This document shows, one piece after another, positions 27,356 through 38,890 of a stretch of 64,000 nt of DNA; within the stretch, counting starts at the first letter, position 1; the number at the start of each line of letters is the position of its first letter. Both the position numbers and the translations under genes were made by a program. The stretch lies in NCBI RefSeq assembly GCF_009914755.1, contig NC_060940.1; one strand, 5' to 3'. Under the pieces are notes generated by a model, which saw only the letters and a program-made list of their open reading frames with translations, searched no databases and was not told where the DNA came from. The DNA is from the human T2T-CHM13v2.0 reference genome, Homo sapiens.

Positions 27356-28198
27356 CAGGCTCCGTAAGCTGCCCGAGGTGCACCCCGGGGGGCCGCAGGG
27401 GCTCAGACCCAGGACACCCACCAGACTGCACAATTGGTGGCCAGCTTCTGGGGCAACCATCAGGGTCACAGTGGGAGAGGCACAATTTCCACCCAGAGCA
27501 TCACTCTTCCCAATTCATGCCTGAAGGCGGGGCAGCCGCTGAGTACCCTGCCCAGGGGACCCGGAGGACACAGGTCAGTGATAGGCGTGGCCCCACCACT
27601 GCAGCCAGGGGCACTATGTGTGGTGGCGCCGAGCCCAGCATGGCCAGAAATGACACTGATACCCACACCAGGACACAGTGTCCCAGGGTGGTAGAGCTGG
27701 AAGGGCCTCTGCCACTTAGGGCTCCTGGTCCCATCCCTCATGCAATTTGTGGCCTGTGAGACCCCCTAAGGGAAAGTGACTTGTTCAATGTCACCCCAAA
27801 AGTCTGCAGTGGGGCCAGGACAGACAGGGCCTTGCCACTCAAATGCTCCGTGTGACAGCTACCCTGGTCCTTCCTTCCCCTCTTTCTCCTTCCTTCCTCC
27901 CTTTCCTCCTTCCTTTCTTCCACGCATCCCAGATGGGGCTGCAGGGCAGAAGGATCGGTGCTCTGCCCCCTTAGACCTGAAGGACGCCACTTCCTCTCTA
28001 GCCTCAGCTTCCTCAGCTGTACACTGTGAGCAATAGAGCTAACAACACCTGTCAGTCAGTCCAGGGGTGGCCACTGTGCCTGTGATTGCGCCCCCTCCCC
28101 ACTCCCAGCCAGTGTGATCCTGTAGGCAGAGAGGAGGGGCTGCCAACCCAGAGGCCCCAGCAATGGGCCACAGACATGTCCTGGTCTCAGAGCCTTTG

Positions 28199-28554
28199 TG
28201 ATATGGTTTGGCTGTGTCCCCACCCAAATCTCATCTTGAATTCCCACATGTTGTGGGAGGGGACCCAGTGGGAGGTAATTGAATTACGGGGGTGGCTCTT
28301 TCCATGCTGTTCTCGTGATAGTGAATAAGCCTCATGAGATCTGATGGTTTTAAAAATGAGAGTTTCTCTGCACAAACTCATTCTTTTTGCCTGCTGCCAT
28401 CCATTTAAGAAGTGACCTGCTCCTCCTTACCTTCTGCCATGATTGTGAGGTCTCCCCAGCCACGTGGAACTGTAAGTCCATTAAACCTCTTTCTTTTGTA
28501 AGTTGCCCAATCTCAGGTATGTCTTTATCAGCAGCATGAAAATGGTCTAATACA
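28199..28554 (+). mobile_element. THE1 (B/C-like) solo LTR with 5 bp TSD
   Basis: TGATATGGTTTGGCTGTGTCCCCACCC...CTAATACA; flanks CTTTG / CTTCG. Confidence 0.93.
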
Positions 28555-31500
28555 CTTCGAGACACTCTCCAGGGACTGCAGCTTCTGCTGCTCCTGGGCC
28601 TCGGGGACATCCAGAACCACTTTATTAAAGCACCCAAGGCCCAGGGCAGTGACACTGCTGGGCAGGACACCGCATGTTTCCCAGGGACCACCCTCCAGCC
28701 ACCTCACATGGAGGTCAGGACCAGAGTGCCTGACGCAGGCACTCACATGGAGGCCTCGGGTTTGGGGTGTTTGCTTTAACGTCACTGACTCATGGGACCC
28801 CCGCTGTGAAAGCACCTTAGAGACCTTCCAGAACAATCCCAGATCAGAGGGTGACACCCAGGCCTTCCCTGGCCAGGGCAGCACTCGGGCCGGTCCTGAC
28901 CCCCCCGCTCTTTCCTGACTCAGCCATGGCTGCCTTGTCTGCACTTCATTTTCTTGAAAACTGGGCAGAGTACCCAATGCCCACCTGGCAGCGGGGCCCA
29001 GGAGCAGCACCCCCACCTCTCTCGGCCTGTGTCCCTGTCTCCCTCCCCGTCGCTCTCCCTCCTGTCTGTCTGTCTTTGGTTTGAGCTGTCTCCTGGGTCA
29101 GGGCGGCCCCGCCTCTCTGATGGGCGGAGGGTCCTGATGTCCTTGGTCTGTCCTCAGCATCTGCTGTGGGACCTCAGGAGAAGCGCCACTCTGGACCCCA
29201 GGAGTGGGGCCATCCCCCATCCCAAATAGTGTCCCTCGTACTGGCACAAGGTCCAGGCCCCGGGTGGCCGCCTCTCCAGAGCCTGTGGGACCCTGTGGCC
29301 TGCACCACTGGGGCTTCTCACACCAGCCCCTGCCTCCCCGGCACTGGTTCTCTGGGTCTGCCTCTCCATCCACTCAGCCTCACGCCAGCCCCCGCCTCTC
29401 CACGCTGGTCCTCCCGGCCTCGCCTCTCCTTTGTGCAGCACCCCTGCCACCTGGCTTTGGTAGATGCACCTTCACCTGCTTCCCTGGACGAGGTGGGCTG
29501 CAGGCCACATCCTGTGAAGCGGGTAGGCAGCCCCATCCCAGGGCGTAAGCACGGTGTGGGTGCTGAAATGTTCTCATCTGCGGTTCCCAGGGCCAGCTAG
29601 GGGCCAGGCCTGTGCCATCCTCAACATATCACGTTGGGGTTGGGGGGGGGTCTGTGCTCACGGTGGGCTGCGTCACCGGCAGCAGGACAGGGCACGTGCT
29701 CCGTACCTCAGGGCTGAGTGCTTCCAGGGCCACCTCCTTGTTCCTCCCTCCTCTCCGCTCCTCCACCGCCCTCTCCCCTCCCACCTTCCGTGCACACTCA
29801 CTGAGCACTGACAGGGCAGCCTGGGCTCCATGCTTAGACCCCGCACCACAGGTGTCATCCGGAAGGAGCTGGAGAGGCCGCAGTGTGGTCGGAGCTGACT
29901 AGGCCCGGCTGCTTGAGAAAACCGGCCGGATCCCGAGTTCAGCTGGGGCCCACACACCCACCGGAAACACACCCAGCAGAGCAGAAACCAGAAATGTGAG
30001 ATTGTCTACCAGAAACACTTTCACGGCCGGGCTCCATCACGGCTGCACACCCACCTGCTGTCCCAGCCAATGGGGAATGCACGACCCATGCTGCTGCCCA
30101 GGCAGGAGAGCAGCAGCTCCCGGCACACACGGCGACTCCCACAGACACAGAAGGGCACACGCCATGGGAGCCACGGTCCTAAAGCTGGGATGAGGTCGAG
30201 GAATCCGCAGGTCCCAGGGAAGGAGGAGCTGCCGAGTCTGTGCTTCTCGCCCGGGGCTGCTGTGCAGGCAGACGCACGCTATGTCGTGGGCCAGGCCGGA
30301 CACTTCAGTCTTGGTGCTTTCTGCACGTGTACTGTATTCTGCCTTAAAGGTGTATTTAAAATGCCTGTAGAGGAACAAAATTCTCACTCTGCTGCTGACT
30401 GTGTGACCTTGGCTGAACCATATGACGGCTCCCAGCCTGCACTTCCTTACCTGTGTGATGGGAATGATAGCAGTGCCTTCTTCACAACCTCCAGGGAGGT
30501 TCCCCAGGAAAACGCCATGGCAGTTCTCAGCCGGGGCCTGGCCGCATGGCTAACGTCGAAGCTCTGCTGCTGGACCTGAAACGCCACGGCCCCAGTGCAA
30601 GACACCATCAGTGTGTGCTCTGTGGGGAAGCTGATCCGATGCACCTGGCCTGACATGGATCTTTGTGGGGTCCAGGGCCCGGGTTCTTCTCCAACGCACT
30701 GATCTCCTCCATCCCTGGCTCCCAAAATGCACCAGACAAGGAAAACCAGAAGAAATCAGATACAACCCTCAAGCGTTCGAGCCGGGGGGCTGGGATGTGC
30801 ACACACAGCTGAGTGCAATGGGAGAGGGTGCGGTGTGAGCAACAGAGGCGCCCAGTCTAGGGAGGGCTGCTTCCCACACAGTGAGCACCACACAGGAACC
30901 AGAGAGGATTCCAGGTGTCCAGAGAAAACAGCTGGGGCAGGCGGGTGGGGGAGACGCAGTTTGGCCACAGCAGAGGAGGCCGAGGAGGAAGCGGAGGAGG
31001 CCGAGGAGGGAGCAGAGTCAAACCGAATCAGCAAGAAGGATCAGGGCCCTAAATGTTCTCCACGGGGTCCCGACGTTCACCCGCAGCCGGAGTCCTTCAA
31101 AGAAAACCCAGAGACCACCTGCCTCCATATTTCCTGCAGTTTTTATAAAAGTGCAAGTTCCTGTATCCGACCCATGATGTGCTGACCGGGAGCTCTGGCA
31201 GTGGTATCCGGGGTCTGTGTGTCGACCCTCACTGTCAACAACAGGGAGCCACAGAAGGTTCATGAGCTGGGGAGTAACACGGCCGCTGCTGTCCGTGACT
31301 GGGCAGGTGGTGAAGGGGCTCCAGGGAGGGAGCCCAGCCAGTGTGTTTGCTGCTTCTTCATCTTCTGAGAACACGGAGAAGCCCCGTTGGAAGGAAAGGC
31401 CTGGGTTAGTATTGATCCAGATGTGGACACAGCTAGCCGATAAGGGAGGGTGTGTGAGACGTGATTTAATTCCTCCCACCAACCGCACATCGCTGCCTAG

Positions 31501-31939
31501 CGGAAGCCCCCTCCAGGGGTCTCACCTCATACCACAGCCAAGCAGGGGCTGGGGGCTGCCTCCCGCTGGCCCTCTGAGGGCCTGAGTCAGAAGGGTGAGG
31601 ATGAAACACAGGTGGGAGCTCCCCAGATTCCCCAGAGGGGCTCCCTTCTCAGAGGCGAGGGCTAGCACCTCTGCCAGCCACTTCTGCCCCTGAAGGCCCG
31701 AAATCCTGGGAGCGCTTCGGTCCCCAAGAGACTGGGAAGTTGGTCACACTGACAGGGAATTGGTCCTCATTGAAAACATTAGTCTTTCAGCTGTTCCAGG
31801 GGAAAGGGGACGGGGGTCAAGGGAAAAGTTCTTAACAACATTTGTGCTGAAAACATGGGGTTGGGGGCAGCAACCCCAAGGTGAGAACAAGCTGAAACCT
31901 TTCCCGGGATGCAGACGCCTTCACAAGGCCTCACCCACC

Positions 31940-32225
31940 AGAGCAGAGATGGCCTCAGCCCTCAGGCCATCCGGTGAGGGACGGACAAGCACCACGGGCG
32001 CCCACAGGCGTGGCATCATCCAGGCGCCCAAAGGAACGTAGTCTGATGCACTCTGGGCACAGGGTGCCTGGGTACAGGCAGAGTGGAAGCAGCCAGTCAC
32101 AAAAGGCCACATCCAGCCTGATGCCATCCACATGAAATGCCAGGCATAGGCAAAGCCTCAGAGGCAGAGGGAGGTCAGCGTTGGACTTGGCCTTCTGACT
32201 TTCGGTTAGAGCGTTTCTCATTTAG
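31940..32225 (+). mobile_element. L1M 3' UTR fragment (GC-drifted)
   Basis: GAAGCAGCCAGTCACAAAAGGCCACAT...CCACATGAAATGCCAG..TAGGCAAA. Confidence 0.55.
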
Positions 32226-33037
32226 GGACATGCAATGATGCTGTCATCACCCCTAGGCAATGGGCACTTATGCTGTGGCTGTTTCCTGTGAATGCACTTG
32301 CACACGGGACCTGTGGCATCCTGTGGGCGTCCTGTGAGTGTTGTGTGGGTGTCCTGCATGTGTGTGCACATGCGAAGGCCCTTCCTAGCATTTCTGCTGT
32401 GTGTACTGTCGGATACGGTCCTGGAAGTGGACTCCACGTTGCCGTGATGATGTGTGGGGCATTGGTGCCATAGCCACGCCTTCTGAAAAGTCATGCCCAT
32501 TCAGGCTCCTACCCTGAGAGCGGAGTGGGTTTGCTTCTCCACACCGTCCTTAGCACGCATATTCCCAGTGGTTCTCATGCGTGAGCAACAGTCACAAAAC
32601 AATGACGTGTTGTGGTTTTCCTGGCATGTCTTTGGTTCTCACTGGCCCAGACTGTGGCCTCCGCTTCATGGACAGAGGGACTAAGAAAGAAGCTTGTGTC
32701 TGGCTTGCCACGTGTAGAGGCAGAGGCATGGCCCACACCCCTGCCTCAGTCAGCACAGGAGGTGAGAGACTTCTGCCCCCAGGGAAAGGAGAAGTTTTCT
32801 CTCCTGGCCCTCCCATGATCTCTCCTGCTGAGGCTGCACACTGAGTGACAGGCCAGCCACTGCCGCATGCTACCTGTTTGCCACTCTGTGACCTTGGGCT
32901 TGCCCCTTCAGTCCTATGAGCCTCATCCACAAAAATGGAGACACATTCCCTGTGCAGCAAATGGTTTGTGCAGACTGAGAACATGTCTGCAAAAGCACCT
33001 GGCATGCAGCAAGTGCTCACTAAACACTGAGCAGCTG

Positions 33038-33962
33038 CATCATCATTGTCATAGTCATCACCATCGCCACCACCATCACCATCACCACCATCGTCACCAT
33101 CACCATCGCCATCACTATTACCACCATCATCACCATCATCACCATCACCATCACAACCATCACGACCACCACCACCATCACCACTATCACCATTGTCACC
33201 ATCGCCACCACCATCACCATCGTCACCATCACCATCACCATCACTATTACCATCATCACCATCATTACCATCACCACCGTCGTCACCATCACCACCACCA
33301 TCACAACCGTCACCACCACCACCACCATCACCACCATCACCATCGTCACCATCACCATCACCTTCATAGTCATCATCATCACCATCACCACCATCACCAT
33401 CATTATCATCATTGTTACCATGACCATCACCACCATCATCCTCCTCACCACCATCATCACCATCATCATCATCATATCACCATCACCATCACTACCATCG
33501 TCATCACCATCACCACCACCAACACCACCATCATAACCATCACAATCACCACCATCATCACCACCACCATCATCACCATCATCATCACTATTGTTATCAC
33601 CACCACCATCATCCTCATCACCACCATCACTATCATCACCATCACCACCATCGTCATCACCATCACCACCACCACCACCACCACCATCACCACTATCATC
33701 ACCACCATCATCATCATCACTATTGTTACCACCGCCATCATCATCACCACCATCATCATCTTCATCACCACCATCACTATTATCACCATCATCACCACCA
33801 TCATCATCACCATCGTCACCATCACCATCACCACTATCATCACCACCATCATCATCATCACTATTGTTACCACCGCCATCATCATCACCACCATCATCAT
33901 TCTCATCACCACCATCACTATCATCACCATCATCACCACCATCACCATTGTTGTCATCACTA
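33038..33962. repeat. Long imperfect (CAC/CAT)n trinucleotide tract, ~925 bp
   Basis: Seen directly; flanked by MIR-like sequence on both sides. Confidence 0.98.
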
Positions 33963-35356
33963 TTCATTTTTCCTTTTCTGGAGACACCCATGAGTCCTGG
34001 AAGCTCAGGATGCAGGCTTTAGGAGTAGCCCCCTCCTCATTCACAGGAATATGAAGGCCTGGCATGGCAGTGACTTGCCCAAGGCCACTGTGCCAAGAGC
34101 AGAGCTGGGTTTGACCCTCTGTCTCCGCATGGCCCTTGGCAGCCCCCAAGTCCCCTTTGGCAGATAGCTTTCCTCACAGCCCTGAGGACAGGCATGATGG
34201 GACAGGGAGTCTCTCTCCACCCCCTCCTTGGTGTTTAGTTGACATCAGTAAAGCCACCGAAGGAATCTTTCAGAAATAAACAAAGTTGCATTTTTTGACA
34301 GAGGATGGAAAATGACTCATAGGAAATCAGCATTCCAAGTGCACTACCCCATTAGGTATTAAGCGGGTCGGGTTTCGGCACAGCGTCCAAGAATGCTGTG
34401 GCTTATTGCAGGAGGATGACACCGTCTGTGTGGGGAGCTGGCGCGGGTGCCTGAGGCCTGGAAGCACCCGTGGGAACCCATGATGTGCCGTCACCGCGTG
34501 CCCTGCCCCCTCTGTGCCGGCTCTCCTGGCAGTGCTGAGCACCGCCACGCTTGGGCACAGCCTTGCCGCTGGCCCTGGCCTTGAGCAAGGTCCTTGCAGC
34601 ATCACTGGATGCTGGGTTCTAATTTGGCTCTGAATCTGACTTGCAGGTTTGGGCCATTCCAGAAGAATAAACCTTTCTGTGTGCACCTCTGGCAGGCAGC
34701 CACCTGGCATAGGCCATGTGAGGCAGGGAGAGGGAAGGCACCATGAAAATCAACAAAGCAAGGCCTCCCCTAAGGGACTCCAGAACCCGTGGGTTGAGAT
34801 GGGCAGGATGGGGGAGGGGGGGCTGCTGGGAACAGGGTGAGGGCCCCCAGCACCACTGCTCAGGCCGGCTCTCACAGCCTGCAAACCCTTCCCACAAGAC
34901 TCCACACAAGCAGCCTCTGCAGCCAGCCTCCTCACCGTTTCACAGACGAGAAGACCAAGGCCCCGGGTTACCCCTTGAGTCTGGGCACTGGAGACCCAGT
35001 CATGCTGCTTTCCAGCCCATGACCTTCCCACCCCCCTGTCAGAGCCACCGAGCTGTGTCCCCAGGAGCCACGTCCCTGCCCAGCCTCTGTGGCACCCAGA
35101 GGTGCACTCTGGCACCAGGACACACCCCGTGGGTCCTTGTGCTGCTGCTCATTGGTGATTTGGCGGTAAACCTTAGAGGGAGGAGGCCTGCTGGGATCAT
35201 GTGCCCACTGCCCATGCTGTGGCCTCTGTGGGCAAAGCGAGTGTCCCCACATCCACCGTCCATCCGTGAGTCCCCTGCTTGATGCTTCCTGAGAGCCTCC
35301 ACCCACCCAGAGGGAAACCAGGTGTGGTCTCCAAGCCGGTGGGTACGGCCAGGGGA

Positions 35357-35725
35357 GAGAAGGCTCCGGACTTGCTGAGTCACGGAAGAGGGGCCCATGG
35401 GTGGAGAAGGCTCGGACTTGCTGAGTCACGGAAGAGGGGCCCATGGGTGGAGAAGGCTCGGACTTGCTGAGTCACGGAAGAGGGGCCCATGGGTGGAGAA
35501 GGCTCGGACTTGCTGAGTCACGGAAGAGGGGCCCATGGGTGGAGAAGGCTCGGACTTGCTGAGTCACGGAAGAGGGGCCCATGGGTGGAGAAGGCTCGGA
35601 CTTGCTGAGTCACGGAAGAGGGGCCCATGGGTGGAGAAGGCTCGGACTTGCTGAGTCACGGAAGAGGGGCCCATGGGTGGAGAAGGCTCGGACTTGCTGA
35701 GTCATGGAAGAGGGGCCCACGGGTG
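35357..35725. repeat. Near-perfect minisatellite, 46 bp unit (GAGAAGGCTCGGACTTGCTGAGTCACGGAAGAGGGGCCCATGGGTG), 8 copies
   Basis: Units at 35357, 35404, 35450, 35496, 35542, 35588, 35634, 35680; internal six identical. Confidence 0.98.
35371..35710 (-). promoter_or_regulatory. Eight tandem consensus ARE/MARE (RTGACTCAGCA, embedding AP-1 TGACTCA), each followed by an ETS-like (C/T)GGAAG; candidate enhancer
   Basis: TTGCTGAGTCAC/T is present in every unit; function is not demonstrated. Confidence 0.55.
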
Positions 35726-36006
35726 ACTGAGCGACAGTTACAACTTGGAGACATTTCCTTCCAGCAAAGATGCAAAGGTGGGGCATGAAGGCAGGAGCAC
35801 GGAAGTCTTTGCATGTGTGGCCGGGGCTGCCTGCCCAGGGAAGGCATTTTCATTCTTCCCACGGATGCGGGCCCGCGAGGTGGGGCTGGTAGTAAAGATC
35901 CCGAGGAGAATAAAAACACACCAAGAACCGGAGCACTTCACACACTTGAGCAAGGGAGAGTGACGGCTGCGTGGCAGGGGGTGGGGGGGACGTGGGGGCA
36001 GTTGCA

Positions 36007-36271
36007 GTGTGTGTGTGTGTGTGTGTGTGTCTGTGTGTGTGTTTTTGTGCATCTGTGTGTGTCTGTGTGTGTCTACATGTGTATGTGTTTGTGTGTCTGC
36101 ATGTGTGTCTGTGTGCATCTGTGTGTATCTGTGTGTGTCTGTGTCTATGTGTTTGTGTGTGTGTCTGTGTGTGCATGTGTGTCTCTGTGTGTTTGTGTCT
36201 GTGTGTGTCTGTGTGTGTGTGTCTATGTGCATGTGTATGTCTGTGTCTGTGTGTCTGTGTCTGTGTGTGTG
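36007..36271. repeat. Complex (TG)n microsatellite
   Basis: Seen directly in the sequence. Confidence 0.97.
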
Positions 36272-36464
36272 CCCAAGGGAGGCAGGCGTGAAGCTAAGGA
36301 AGTCTTGCTCTGTGTTACAAATGTCACTCCCTTTCCTAAGAGACCAAAGAGTTAAGAAATTTTTCAGGTTTGTTGAGATGCTGGACTAAGCTGGACTAAG
36401 CCTCCTGTGAATGCCCCCTTTGAAAAAAATTCTGGGGATGGATGGTAAAAAACAACAACAACAA

Positions 36465-36672
36465 TCTTACCTGAAACGCTCGGGACCAGAAGTGTTTTGG
36501 TTTTGATTTTTGTCACATTTGGGAATGTTTGCCTTACGCTGACCAGTTGAGCATCCCTGACCCAGCATCTGAAATCAGACATGCTCCAGGGAGCATTTCC
36601 CAAGAGCATCATGTCAGAGCTCAAACAATTTTGGGTTCTGGGGCATTTTGGGTTAGGGATACTCAACCTGTA
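36465..36672. mobile_element. Tigger4/MER46 (Zombi) MITE fragment
   Basis: CGGGACCAGAAGTGTTTTGG...CAGTTGAGCATCCC...GGGATACTCAACCTGTA terminal sequence. Confidence 0.8.
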
Positions 36673-36749
36673 TGACCCAGGGTGTGCACACATCACAGAG
36701 CCGGGAGTGATTCATCTGTCCCAGAAGGTTCAAAAGGTCAAACTGTGAC

Positions 36750-37330
36750 CAATTCATGTCCACCTGGAGCCGATGACTGTGGCCTTATTTCATATAAGGG
36801 TGTCGGCAGATATGATTGCACTAAAGATCTCAAGATGAGGTTGTCCTGGACCAGGGTGGGGCCTAAATCCTATGAAAGCGTCATAAGGAAAAGGGAGCCT
36901 GAGATGGGAAGATGCCGACGGGAGGACACACATGTGATGGATACAGATGAGGGAGCCGTGTGGGAAGATGCCGACGGGAGGACACATGTGACAGAGACGG
37001 ACGTGGGAGCCGTGAAGGAAGATGCCGACGGAACGACACATGTGTGACAGAGATGGATGTGGGAGCCGTGAAGGAAGATGCCAACGGAAGGACACATGTG
37101 TGATGGAGATGGAGGGGGAGCCGTGTGGGAAGATGCCAACGGGAGGACACATGTGTGATGGAGACGGACAGGGGAGCCATGCAGCCACTGGGCACAGGAA
37201 GAGGCAGGGAGGACCCACCAGAGCCTTTGGAGGGAGCACAGCCCTGCGCATGCCTTGATCTGGGACTCGCAGTCTCCGGGGCTGTGAGAGGATGAACGTC
37301 TGTTGCCCTAAGCTGCTAGGTTTGCCAGGA
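36750..37330 (+). mobile_element. MLT1B/C-like LTR with internal minisatellite
   Basis: GTGGCCTTATTT...GATCTCAAGATGAGG...GCCTAAATCC; GAGGGAGCACAGCCCTGC...CCTTGAT...CTGTGAGAG. Confidence 0.75.
36907..37180. repeat. Minisatellite, ~55 bp unit (GGAAGATGCCGACGGGAGGACACATGTGTGA..GGGAGCCGTG), ~5 copies
   Basis: GGAAGATGCC recurs at ~55 bp spacing. Confidence 0.9.
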
Positions 37331-37875
37331 AACCAGGCCAGGCTCTCCACCACCCCAAAACTCAGAGCTTAACTGTAGGGTCAGATGCAGGCCAGGCTCT
37401 CCACCACCCCAAAACTCAGAGCTTAACTCCCTGGTTAGTACATATCTGGATGCACGTCAGGAATGCAGGCAGGGCTGGATGCACTTCCGCTCCACATGGT
37501 GTGGATGAGGGCCACTCCGGGGTGCTCTGTGGGCAGCTGGGCTGGTCAAAAACTTCCAGGGCGGCCTTACTTCTGCAGCTGGTGCCATGGCGAGACAGCT
37601 GGAACGTCCCCACAGGGCCACTCTGGCACGGGGTCTCAGGGTGGCCAGGCCCCCTCCTCGGCCCCTCAGGGCTCCCAAAGTGAGTGTCTGGAGGGGCCTC
37701 TGATGACCCAGCCACAGGGCCTCACTTTGGCCACACTCCACTGTTCAGGCATTGCCAAGTCCAGGCAGATGCCTGGGAGGGGAATTAGCTCTGCCTCCTG
37801 ATGGGAGGAGAAATGAGAGCCTCGATAAGCATCGAATCAATGAAAGAAAGAAACTCACATGGAGGCATTGACGCA

Positions 37876-38890
37876 GCAACACCATGCATGTTCATCCTTC
37901 ACGTGAGACACTAACATGCCAATACCACGCACATTCGTCCTTCACGTGAGACACTGATGCGCCAATACCACACATGTTCATCCTTCATGTGAGACACTGA
38001 TGTGCCAATACCACACACATTCATCCTTCACGTGAGGCACTAACATGCCAATACCATGCACGTTCATCCTTCTCGTGAGACACTAACATGCCAATGCCAC
38101 GCACGTTCATCCTTCATGTGAGACACTGATGCACCAATACCACACATGTTCATCCTTCATGTGAGACAGTGATGCGCCAATACCACACACGTTCATCCTT
38201 CACATGAGACACTAACATGCCAACACCACACATGTTCATCCTTCACGTGAGACACTAACATGCCAACACCACGCATGTTCATCCTTCACGTGAGACACTA
38301 ACATGCCAACACCACACACATTCATCCTTCACTTGAGACACTAACACGCCAATACCACGCACGTTCATCCTTCACGTGAGACACTGATGCGCCAATACCA
38401 CACATGTTCATCCTTCATGTGAGACAGTGATGCGCCAATACCACACACATTCATCCTTCACGTGAGACACTAACATGCCAACACCACACATGTTCATCCT
38501 TCACGTGAGACACTAACATGCCAACATCACACATGTTCATCCTTCACGTGAGACACTAACATGCCAACATCACACACGTTCATCCTTCACGTGAGACACT
38601 AACATGCCAATACCACGCACGTTCATCCTTCACATGAGACACATGCCAATACCGCGCATGTTCATCCTTCACGTGAGACACTGATGTGCCAATACCACAC
38701 ATGTTCATCCTTCATGTGAGACACTGACATGCCAACACCACACATGTTCATCCTTCACGTGAGACACTAACGTGCCAACAGCACATATGTCCATCCTTCA
38801 CGTGAGACACCGACATGCCAATACCACACACATGCATCCTTCACATGAGACACTGACACGCCAATACCACGCAGACTCATCCTTCACATG
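37876..38890. repeat. Minisatellite, 43 bp unit (GTTCATCCTTCACGTGAGACACTAACATGCCAATACCACGCAC), ~23 copies
   Basis: TTCATCCTTCA recurs every 43 bp; one unit is shortened near 38640. Confidence 0.97.

Noticed and set aside
28445-28470. PRDM9 hotspot motif in THE1 LTRs
   Set aside because: None of the three THE1 copies has CCTCCCTNNCCAC (e.g. TCTCCCCAGCCAC here)
30727-31185. ORF with acidic EEAEEEAEEAEE stretch and nearby TATAAAA
   Set aside because: Short GAG-rich low-complexity run; no recognisable domain or splice support
32867-34054. 395-aa poly-His/Thr-Ile ORF and antisense Asp/Gly- and Met/Val-rich ORFs
   Set aside because: Translation of a CAC/CAT microsatellite; no evidence of a gene
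35357-38890. Regularly spaced repeats superficially like CRISPR arrays (also 11.4, 27.0 and 63.0 kb)
   Set aside because: Head-to-tail units with no unique spacers, no cas genes, primate DNA
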